Shown here: piece after piece, positions 26,224 through 34,047 of the stretch
Numbering within the stretch: the first letter of the stretch is position 1
Layout: every line of letters begins with the position of its first letter
Assembly: GCA_963701385.1 (NCBI GenBank)
Contig: CAVOZW010000027.1
Coordinates: 132,602-196,601, forward strand
Direction: 5' to 3'
Length of the DNA stretch: 64,000 bases
DNA from: an uncultured delta proteobacterium
GTDB taxonomy: Bacteria > Desulfobacterota > Desulfobacteria > Desulfobacterales > B30-G6
Position numbers and translations under genes: made by a program
The notes under the pieces: generated by a model
What the model saw: only the letters and a program-made list of their open reading frames with translations
Told to the model about the DNA's origin: nothing
Databases searched by the model: none

Positions 26224-26507
26224 TGCCACAGACAGGACACCATACCTCGGCAATAAAAACCTGGTCCATCGTTGTTCTGATGGTGGGATGGGTGTTTTTC
26301 AAAGGCTGGCTGGCATATCATGTTGTCGGTGATCTTGGGCAGCCGGACTGGGATTACCGGCCCATAAATGACGTCCCGGCGGAATCCGCGTATGCCGTCA
26401 ACAAACCATACCATCCGCTGCCATTTGCTCAGCACGTGCGAGGTCAACAGGGAAATGAGGAAAACCCATCACACTTATCCGTTGTGAGGGTTCAAGGTGT
26501 GCCATAA
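26223..26507 (+). CDS. Small single-TM protein, unknown function (94 aa)
   Basis: Its ATG overlaps the upstream TGA (TGATG). One TM helix ('WSIVVLMVGWVFFKGWLAY'). Confidence 0.45.
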   Translation: MPQTGHHTSAIKTWSIVVLMVGWVFFKGWLAYHVVGDLGQPDWDYRPINDVPAESAYAVNKPYHPLPFAQHVRGQQGNEENPSHLSVVRVQGVP

Positions 26508-27020
26508 ATGAAAAAACTGGGTGGACTCTTCATCGCCGTTACCATCATCGCCCTGATAGCCTATCAGGCCCTGATGTACTACGATAACAATTTCCGCTAC
26601 GGTCGGATGCGGGAAACCCCGGGGGTAAAACCCCACGAGGATCCCCTGTTGATTCTGGAAACGGGTATTGTCCCGATCCATGGGGGAGATGCCGCCTATC
26701 GTTTGATGCCGACGACCGAACTCGTTTCACCGCTGAACATGAAAGCATCCACCACCATTGCCAGAGGTCAAGCGTTGTACCGGGTATACTGTGCACAGTG
26801 TCACGGCATCAACTACGACGGCAACGGTACCGTTGGACAGAGTTTTCAACCGCTACCGGCCAACCTCCTAAGCGCCGGGGTTCAGTCAAAATCGGAAGCT
26901 GAATTGTTCAAATCCATCAGCTTCGGTATTCCAAACGGTCGTCAGCCGGCCCTCGATACAACCATCACACAAGATGACCGCTGGTATATCATCGCCTTTG
27001 TCCAGTCCCTGGGTTCATGA
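26508..27020 (+). CDS. actE: Membrane-anchored monohaem cytochrome c (ActE-like)
   Basis: ATG directly after the upstream TAA. N-terminal TM segment. 'RGQALYRVYCAQCHG' and 'DDRWYIIAFVQSL'. Confidence 0.65.
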   Translation: MKKLGGLFIAVTIIALIAYQALMYYDNNFRYGRMRETPGVKPHEDPLLILETGIVPIHGGDAAYRLMPTTELVSPLNMKASTTIARGQALYRVYCAQCHGINYDGNGTVGQSFQPLPANLLSAGVQSKSEAELFKSISFGIPNGRQPALDTTITQDDRWYIIAFVQSLGS

Positions 27021-29545
27021 ATAAAACAACTTGTGATCTATGCGGCTTATCTCTCCGTCATGGTGCCGTTAGGGCAGTCATTTCCGAAAAATCACTGCAA
27101 TTTTGCTGCTTCGGCTGCAAACAGGTCTATGAAATGCTGTTGGCAGCATCAGGCGACCTGGATCCGGAGTCCTTCAGAAAGACAGACGTTTTCAAGCGCT
27201 GTGTGGCGGCCGGCATCATTCCGGAATCCATGGAGGACCTCGAAAAAAAGAGACCGGTTGTCACATCGGGAAAAGATCCCGGCCAGATCCCGGAACCCGG
27301 AATCGTCGACACCGAGCCCGTGTCTGAATCGGATAAGGGGTTGTGGCTCGATCTGAATGTCAGGGGCATGTGGTGTCCGGCCTGCGCCTGGGTAATTGAA
27401 GAGACCTTGCTCAAAGAACCCGGTGTCAAACACGCCAGATGTCAGTTCACCACGGATCGCATCAAGATCAATTACAAACCGGTTCTCACCTCTCCCCGAG
27501 TCTTGATGGATGCCATCGGAAAGCTTGGATACCATGGCAGCCCTGCCGAGGATGGACAACCAACATCCGATTCCAGAAGCGCATTTGTCCGTCTGGGTAT
27601 TTCAGCCTTTCTGACCATGAACGTGATGATGCTGTCCTTTGCCCTGTATACGGGCTTTTTCACCCAACTCTCGGCCGATGCCATCCATCACCTCACCTGG
27701 CCCATCGTAAGCATGGGATCGGTTGTTTTTTTCTACGCAGGCGCCCCGATTCACCGCAAAGCCCTGTCCGGGCTGACCTCAGCCTCCCCCGGCATGGAAA
27801 CGCTCATCAGTATTGGTGCCGGGAGCGCTTTTATGCTCAGTTTTTACAACTGGCTAACAGGGAGCATCCACCTCTATTTTGACACCGCATCCATGTTGAT
27901 TACCCTGGTACTGCTGGGCAAAACCATCGAACAGTCTGCCAAAAACAAAATCAGCGCTCAGATCAGCAGGTTTTTTGAACTTCAGCCTTCCAAAGTCCGA
28001 GTATGCACGGCTCAATTTCCCCAGGGCAGGTATGTGAACGCCAAACAGCTGTTGCCCAAAGATGTCTTCAGGGTCGAAGCAGGGGAAATCGTCCCGGCGG
28101 ACGGAAAAATTAAGCGGGGAAGCGCACGCGTCGATGAAAGCACCTTGACCGGCGAAGCAAGACCGATCCATAAACAAAAGGGAGACATCCTGAACAGCGG
28201 TACAACGATCCTCTCCGGTTCTCTCCAGGTAACGGCTCACGCCGTGGGTGAGGACTCCCTGGTTGGTCAGTTGATATCCGTGATGGAAGCTTCCCTCGAT
28301 CAGAAGTCCGATATGGAGGACATTACCGACAAGGTTCTTAAATACTTCGTTCCCGCCATTATGCTGCTCGCCTTGGGAACGGCCGTCGTCTGCCTGGGGC
28401 TCGGTTTCAGTTTGCAGCATGCCATCCTTCGTGCCGTCACCGTCATGGTGATCTCCTGCCCCTGCGCCTTGGGCGTTGCCATTCCACTGGCAAGGGTGGC
28501 CGGTATCTCTTTGGCAGGCAAACACGGCATCCTGGTTCACCACTTCTCGGCCTTCGAAAAGATCGGAAAAGTCAATGCCTTTGTTTTCGACAAAACCGGC
28601 ACCCTCACCAGGGGCGAATGGAATTTGATTGAAACGGAGGCCTTGAACGACTGGCCGGTAAACAAGATTCTTGCCCTTGCCGCAGGCTTGGAGATCCATT
28701 CGCGCCATTATGCCGGAGAGGCCATCGCTCATGCTGCCAAGGAAAAAAATATTGCCCCGGCAACAGCCACACACGTAACGGAAACGGACAATGGTATTTC
28801 CGGCTATGTCGATAACCGTCTGGTCAAAATCGGATCTGCTGCTTTCTTGTCCGCTGAAGCCGACAGCGACCGGCAATATCATGGCCATGGAAAAACGGAA
28901 ACGGCACCCGTCATTTCGACCGTACACATGCATGTTGATGAAAAGCCCTGTGCCCTGTTTCATTTTGGCGATGCACTTCGTGAATCAAGCAAAACCGTCA
29001 TTCAAGGCTTGAAAGACCGCGCTATGCAGCTGGCTCTGATATCGGGAGACGATCAACGAACAACCCGTATGATCGGCGATCTTGTCGGTATCTCGGAATG
29101 CCACGGCAGTATGCTGCCAGAAAATAAATCTGAATTTGTTAACACCTTACGGGACCAGGGCTATTGTGTCGCCATGGTCGGCGACGGCGTCAATGATGTG
29201 CCGGCGCTGGCTTCCGCCGACCTGGGAATCGCCGTTCATTCCGGGCATCGCATCGGCATGGAAGCCTCCGGTATTACCTTGATGGGCAATGACCCCGCAC
29301 AGATACTCAGCTTCTCTGCACTCGCCTCACAAGTCTCGCGCACGATTCAACAGAATCTCGTCTTCACCTTTCTTTACAACATCATCAGTATCCCCATCGC
29401 CATGAGCGGCCTGCTGAATCCGCTGGTTGCGGTTTGCGCCATGCTCATGAGCAGTCTGAGCGTTACGGGGAATACCCTTTACCTCACCCGGCGGGTATCT
29501 AAATTTATAACGAGCACAAAAGTGCGACAATGCCGCATCCAATAA
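27017..29545 (+). CDS. ccoI: Copper-translocating P1B-type ATPase, CcoI/FixI type
   Basis: ATGA overlap with the upstream gene. N-terminal 'CDLCGL...FCCFGCKQVYEML' domain. HMA 'MWCPACAWVIE'. TM motif 'SCPCALG', then 'FDKTGTLT' and 'GDGVNDVPAL'. Confidence 0.85.
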   Translation: MNKTTCDLCGLSLRHGAVRAVISEKSLQFCCFGCKQVYEMLLAASGDLDPESFRKTDVFKRCVAAGIIPESMEDLEKKRPVVTSGKDPGQIPEPGIVDTEPVSESDKGLWLDLNVRGMWCPACAWVIEETLLKEPGVKHARCQFTTDRIKINYKPVLTSPRVLMDAIGKLGYHGSPAEDGQPTSDSRSAFVRLGISAFLTMNVMMLSFALYTGFFTQLSADAIHHLTWPIVSMGSVVFFYAGAPIHRKALSGLTSASPGMETLISIGAGSAFMLSFYNWLTGSIHLYFDTASMLITLVLLGKTIEQSAKNKISAQISRFFELQPSKVRVCTAQFPQGRYVNAKQLLPKDVFRVEAGEIVPADGKIKRGSARVDESTLTGEARPIHKQKGDILNSGTTILSGSLQVTAHAVGEDSLVGQLISVMEASLDQKSDMEDITDKVLKYFVPAIMLLALGTAVVCLGLGFSLQHAILRAVTVMVISCPCALGVAIPLARVAGISLAGKHGILVHHFSAFEKIGKVNAFVFDKTGTLTRGEWNLIETEALNDWPVNKILALAAGLEIHSRHYAGEAIAHAAKEKNIAPATATHVTETDNGISGYVDNRLVKIGSAAFLSAEADSDRQYHGHGKTETAPVISTVHMHVDEKPCALFHFGDALRESSKTVIQGLKDRAMQLALISGDDQRTTRMIGDLVGISECHGSMLPENKSEFVNTLRDQGYCVAMVGDGVNDVPALASADLGIAVHSGHRIGMEASGITLMGNDPAQILSFSALASQVSRTIQQNLVFTFLYNIISIPIAMSGLLNPLVAVCAMLMSSLSVTGNTLYLTRRVSKFITSTKVRQCRIQ

Positions 29546-29564
29546 AATCGTGTGACGATTTTAT
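29542..29564 (+). terminator. AT-rich 10-3-10 palindrome ATAAAATCGT-GTG-ACGATTTTAT overlapping the ccoI TAA stop, followed by TTTT
   Basis: The arms are identical to those at 3252-3274. The stop codon sits at the same position in the left arm. Confidence 0.45.
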
Positions 29565-29569
29565 TTTGG

Positions 29570-29597
29570 TTGACAAATCAGGCGATTAAGTTAAATT
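29570..29597 (+). promoter_or_regulatory. Candidate sigma70 promoter for the ubiG operon
   Basis: TTGACA, 16 nt, TAAATT, about 75 nt upstream of the ubiG ATG. Confidence 0.4.
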
Positions 29598-29671
29598 TGA
29601 ACCGCCCGTCTGCGACAGGGTGGTCACGTTTCTCTTGCCAGGGGTAAAACACGCATGTTCCCGAACAGTTG

Positions 29672-30379
29672 ATGAACGAATCCAACGAAAATATCGATCT
29701 TAGCGAAATTCTGCATTTTGATCGTCATGCTGTGGAATGGTGGGATCTCAAGGGCCCCCTGAAAGCGCTGCATGACATCAATCCGTTACGCCTGCAGTAT
29801 ATTGAAAAACACGCCGGTATTGCGGGTAAAACGTTTCTGGATGTCGGTTGCGGTGGTGGGATCCTGTCGGAATCGCTGTCCTCGTCCGGTGGACATGTGA
29901 CCGGAATAGATATGACCGACTCTGCCTTGCGTGCGGCCAGGGGGCATTTGAAAAAGACAAACAAGCTGGTTCAATACCGCCGCACAACGGTGGAAACGCT
30001 TTCAAAAAAAACCCAAAACCGTTACGATAGCATTACCTGCATGGAATTGTTGGAGCATGTTCCCCAGCCATCATCGGTGCTCAGTGCCTGTGCCCAACTT
30101 CTTAAACCAGGCGGCGATATGTTTATCGCCACCATCAACCGTACCTGGATTGCATATGCTTTGGTGATTCTGACAGCTGAGTATCTCTTGCGAATTGTGC
30201 GCAAGGGAACCCATACATATCAACAGTTTATTCAGCCCCAGGAAATTGACCATTGGGCAACGGATAGCGGCTTGAAAACAATGGATCTTTGCGGATTTTT
30301 ATACAACCCCTTTACAGGAAAAACACGTTTTTCATCTTTCACCAAAATGAATTACTTGATGCATTTGAGAAAACGATGA
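29672..30379 (+). CDS. ubiG: Ubiquinone biosynthesis O-methyltransferase UbiG
   Basis: Collinear with E. coli UbiG as I remember it: 'WWDLKGPLKALHDINPLRLQYI', 'LDVGCGGGILSES', 'CMELLEHVPQPSSVLSACAQLLKPGG', 'AEYLLRIVRKGTHTYQQFIQPQE', 'NYLMH'. Confidence 0.9.
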   Translation: MNESNENIDLSEILHFDRHAVEWWDLKGPLKALHDINPLRLQYIEKHAGIAGKTFLDVGCGGGILSESLSSSGGHVTGIDMTDSALRAARGHLKKTNKLVQYRRTTVETLSKKTQNRYDSITCMELLEHVPQPSSVLSACAQLLKPGGDMFIATINRTWIAYALVILTAEYLLRIVRKGTHTYQQFIQPQEIDHWATDSGLKTMDLCGFLYNPFTGKTRFSSFTKMNYLMHLRKR

Positions 30380-31236
30380 ACAAACCGATAAAAAACAAAC
30401 CCAGCGACTGGAAACCGCCGGCCTGGCTTGATAAAAAGGAACGCCAGAAGATGTTCGATGCCCATGTGGACTCATCAGACACGGCCTACTTTGGGTTCAG
30501 GCCGCATCGGACCGCTGAAAAGGTAAAAACCGTTTTATCGCATTTCAACCGCGTGGCCCCCAAGTATGATTTTATGAACACCGTCCTCAGTTTCGGGATT
30601 CATTACGCCTGGAAAAGAACCGCCATCCGTATGCTCAATTTAAAACCGGGTGATCAACTCCTGGATGTCTGTGGCGGTACCGGGGACCTGGCGGTCATGT
30701 CCGTTCCACGCATCGGGGCTGCTGGTCGTGTCTTTATCTATGATATCAATCGCGCCATGATGATGACCGGAAGAGACCGACCTGAAAACCAGGAAAATCG
30801 CACATGTATTCACTATATCGAAGGAGATGCGGAACAGATCGCCTGCCGGGAGAATCGATTTGATGCGGCCATTGTCGGGTTTGGCATCCGGAACCTGACC
30901 CATCTTGAAAAAGGGTTCCGGGAAATGTACCGGGTCTTGAAACCGGGTGGAAAGGTCATGTGTCTGGAGTTCTCAAAGCCCACCAATCCCCTGTTCCGCT
31001 GGTTGTATGATTTTTATTCCTTCAATATAATGCCTTTTGCCGGTTCTGTCCTTGCCGGTTCGTGGCAGTCTTATGCCTGCCTATCCCAAACCATCCGTAT
31101 GTTTGCATCTCCCGATGAATTAAAGGGGATTCTCGAAGACATCGGATTTGAAACTGTTTCCTACAAGCGCCTGACCAACGGTATCGCCGTGATCCATTTG
31201 GGGCACAAACCTCTTACCCGTCCTTCGATGCCTTAA
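30376..31236 (+). CDS. ubiE: C-methyltransferase UbiE/MenG
   Basis: ATGA overlap with ubiG. 'YFGFR', 'FNRVAPKYDFMNTVLSFGIHYAWKR', 'LDVCGGTGDLA', 'GFGIRNLTHLEKGFREMYRVLKPGG'. Confidence 0.88.
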   Translation: MNKPIKNKPSDWKPPAWLDKKERQKMFDAHVDSSDTAYFGFRPHRTAEKVKTVLSHFNRVAPKYDFMNTVLSFGIHYAWKRTAIRMLNLKPGDQLLDVCGGTGDLAVMSVPRIGAAGRVFIYDINRAMMMTGRDRPENQENRTCIHYIEGDAEQIACRENRFDAAIVGFGIRNLTHLEKGFREMYRVLKPGGKVMCLEFSKPTNPLFRWLYDFYSFNIMPFAGSVLAGSWQSYACLSQTIRMFASPDELKGILEDIGFETVSYKRLTNGIAVIHLGHKPLTRPSMP

Positions 31237-31269
31237 GTCGTTTGTCGATATCCAAAAAGGATTCAGAGA

Positions 31270-32427
31270 ATGTTTGACTACAACCGGAAAACCGATTTTG
31301 ATCGTGGGAAAATCGTCCAGATTGACAACGTTCTGGATGCATCATCTCCCATCTTCTTCGGATATGATATCGAAGCGCAATTCGCCAATGCTCTCGAACG
31401 GTCGACCCACGATATGCCTGCCGACAGGCTTTTCTTGCTGACGGACCGCACGATCTTCGATCTTTTCGGTGAATCGTTTTTAGGCAGGCTCAGTGAAAGG
31501 TTTCCAGACACGGAACTGTACTTCCTGCCCGAGGGAGAACAGTGCAAAAATTTTGAGGTTCTTCAGAAACTTTGCAATCACCTCGTAGAGAAAGGGGTAA
31601 GCAAACAATCCCTGCTGATTGCATTCGGAGGCGGTTCCATCGGAAATATTTCCGGTCTGGCCGCCGGCCTGATATTTAGGGGCATTCGATTCATCGAAGT
31701 CCCCACCACGCTTTCCCACCAGACCGATGGCATGCTCAGCAACAAGCAGGCTGTGAACGGAAAGTTCGGTAAAAACCACTTCGGACTCTACCATACCCCT
31801 TTGTTTTCATGGACGGACACGCGATATCCTGAAACAGAACCCTTGCGGTTCAAAAAATCCGGCATCGTCGAAGGAATCAAAAACGGGTTGATCGATCAGC
31901 TAGAATTTATCCCCTATCTGGAAAAAGCCATCCAAAAGAATGGCGATTATTCTGCACAGCAACTCGCCGACCTCTGCTTCAAACTGATTATTTCAAAGCT
32001 CGAAATTCTCAAAAAGGACCCGACGGAAAAGCACTACGGAATTATCCTTGAATACGGACATACCTTTGCCCACGCCATCGAATGGCTTTCGAAAGGGACC
32101 CTGGCACACGGAGAAGCCGTTTCCATTGGCATGAAAATCGCGGCGGAACTTTCTGCTGAATTGGGATATATTGACAGTGACACACGCCTCCTGCATTACC
32201 GCTTAATCGATGACTTGTTGGCAATGAAACCCAGATTCCCCGAGAATCTTGAACCGGCGACCATTTTCAAAACCATGGTTGTCGATAATAAAAAAACGGG
32301 TCGGGATGTGAGATATGTCCTTCTAAAAAAAATCGGACAATGCCTAAAAGGGAGTGGCGACTATCTCATCAGCGTGGATAAGGAGATCGTTCAGTCTGTG
32401 ATGGGTAAGTTTATTAAAAAGTATTAG
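31270..32427 (+). CDS. 3-dehydroquinate-synthase-like sugar-phosphate cyclase family protein
   Basis: 'LLIAFGGGSIGNISGLAAG', 'IEVPTTLSHQTDGMLSNKQAVN', 'LEYGHTFAHAIE' and 'HGEAVSIGM' are variants of DHQS superfamily motifs. It starts 33 nt after ubiE. Confidence 0.75.
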   Translation: MFDYNRKTDFDRGKIVQIDNVLDASSPIFFGYDIEAQFANALERSTHDMPADRLFLLTDRTIFDLFGESFLGRLSERFPDTELYFLPEGEQCKNFEVLQKLCNHLVEKGVSKQSLLIAFGGGSIGNISGLAAGLIFRGIRFIEVPTTLSHQTDGMLSNKQAVNGKFGKNHFGLYHTPLFSWTDTRYPETEPLRFKKSGIVEGIKNGLIDQLEFIPYLEKAIQKNGDYSAQQLADLCFKLIISKLEILKKDPTEKHYGIILEYGHTFAHAIEWLSKGTLAHGEAVSIGMKIAAELSAELGYIDSDTRLLHYRLIDDLLAMKPRFPENLEPATIFKTMVVDNKKTGRDVRYVLLKKIGQCLKGSGDYLISVDKEIVQSVMGKFIKKY

Positions 32428-32678
32428 AAGCCGTCTCAAAAAAAAATTTGGCCCATTTTATGTGTTCGTCCCTAACTTCAACGCCTCGGAATACTTCAGT
32501 ATGCACCCCAAGGGTACTTCCTGCGGGCGCCTGCGGGTTGAAGATCGGGCCCGCCTTTAACTTGAACCAAAACCCTTTTTTTGAGATGATTGTTATTTAT
32601 GGATCATCTCCAAAAGAGTTGATCTAAATAAAGGATTCGAGGGGTCCAGGGGTCCAGGATTCGAGTGATAGGCTTAAA

Positions 32679-32883
32679 AATTATAAAGAGTTAAACGTTT
32701 GGTAAATATCGTATACACTTTGCTTGCAATCTATAAAGTTTGGAAACCCAAATCATGATATCAGGTGACTTGGGTTATGTGGAAAAAGAGAGGCTTGATA
32801 AATTAAGAGGGGAGATAGGGGATGTTGAGAGAATGCTGAATGCGTTGATAAAATCTCTGGAAAGCAAACACTTGGATCCTTGA
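32679..32883 (+). pseudogene. Remnant of a four-helix-bundle ('23S rRNA intervening sequence') protein gene with an internal deletion
   Basis: An N-terminal piece '..NYKELNVW*' and, in another frame, the C-terminal piece 'MISGDLGYVEKERLDKLRGEIGDVERMLNALIKSLESKHLDP*' (32755-32883). It is flanked by GGATTCGAG/GGGTCCAG and CTTGGATCC repeat blocks. Confidence 0.55.
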
Positions 32884-32904
32884 ATCCTTGGATCCTGGAA
32901 CCCT

Positions 32905-32941
32905 TTCTCCCAACTGATTGGGAGAAGAGCCTTTTTTTTTT
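32905..32941 (+). terminator. Rho-independent terminator
   Basis: TTCTCCCA-ACTGAT-TGGGAGAA stem-loop, then a run of 10 T. Confidence 0.7.
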
Positions 32942-32960
32942 CCTATAAAGAGCGGCCGAA

Positions 32961-33926
32961 ATGGAGAATAGTGCGTTGAAAACATCGACCGGGGTTTCAT
33001 TGCCCGTGACCGCCCCACCTCGTCGGAGCCGATGGGTCCGCACATTGAATGTGACCGATGCGCCGGCCCATACCGACGACCCCCATTGCGGATCCATCGG
33101 TCACGTTCTAGCGTTTCCCGAGAGTTGCCGTTTGGCTGAAAAATTTGAATATGATGCCGTCAATGCGGATCGTTCGTTTTTAAAAGAACACGGCCCCGCT
33201 CAGGTGGTTAGCCTGTTGAAACAACACAAGCTAGAGCCGGGGGCATTTGCTTTTTCGGCGGCATTCAATGCGTGCCATTCCGACCCGGATTTCGAGCAAA
33301 GTCTTGAGGGTTTCGAGCAGGATTTAGCCTTGTGCAGGGAGGCGGGTTTCAAATGTTGCGTGGGATATGTGCAGCCATCGTCCGATAGGCTGGACTATTA
33401 TGATCACTTCTCGCTTTTGCTTGGGCGCTTGAAACGCATCAAACCCCGGCTAGAGGCATATGATGTGCGCCTCGGGTTGGAATTTATCGGTCCGACCACC
33501 ATGCGGGTACGTCGAAAATTTGACTTCATCCACACCATGGACGGCATCAGGAGCCTCATCGCCGCAGCAAACGCACAAAACCGCGTGGGTTTAAAACTGG
33601 ATACCATTCATTGGTATACCAGCGGTGCCGGATTATTGGATATTGAAAAGCTTGCCCCCGATGAGGTTGTTTATGTGGAGATCAACGACGGTCTCAAGGG
33701 GGATTACGACCGCTTCACATTACCCGAGTTTCAACGCGAACTGCCGGGAGCCGTTGGAACCGTCGATGTCGCCGGAATGCTCGGAAAACTGGATACCCTA
33801 GGCTTCGATGGGCCGGTGGTTGTGGAACCATGGAACGAGCAGCTTCGTGAAATGAGCCCTGTGGATGCCATAGAGAAAACAAAGCTTGCCTTGGATCTCA
33901 GTCTGAAAAAGGCCGGGATTCACTAA
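32961..33926 (+). CDS. Xylose-isomerase-like TIM-barrel protein (sugar-phosphate isomerase/epimerase/dehydratase family); 5' end uncertain
   Basis: 'LEFIGPTTMRVRR', 'LKLDTIHWYTSG' and 'VVYVEINDG...GPVVVEPWNE' fit the family. The first ~45 aa look non-native, so TTG 33045 or GTG 33051 are alternative starts. Confidence 0.6.
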   Translation: MENSALKTSTGVSLPVTAPPRRSRWVRTLNVTDAPAHTDDPHCGSIGHVLAFPESCRLAEKFEYDAVNADRSFLKEHGPAQVVSLLKQHKLEPGAFAFSAAFNACHSDPDFEQSLEGFEQDLALCREAGFKCCVGYVQPSSDRLDYYDHFSLLLGRLKRIKPRLEAYDVRLGLEFIGPTTMRVRRKFDFIHTMDGIRSLIAAANAQNRVGLKLDTIHWYTSGAGLLDIEKLAPDEVVYVEINDGLKGDYDRFTLPEFQRELPGAVGTVDVAGMLGKLDTLGFDGPVVVEPWNEQLREMSPVDAIEKTKLALDLSLKKAGIH

Positions 33927-34047
33927 CGCCCGTCTCCATCATAACAAAACCATTCGCATGCTTGCGTCTCCGGATGAATTTTCATGCCCAAACGCGCACA
34001 ACGAAGCATGAAACGGTCTCTTTCATAAACAAAGGGTTCGACGATAG

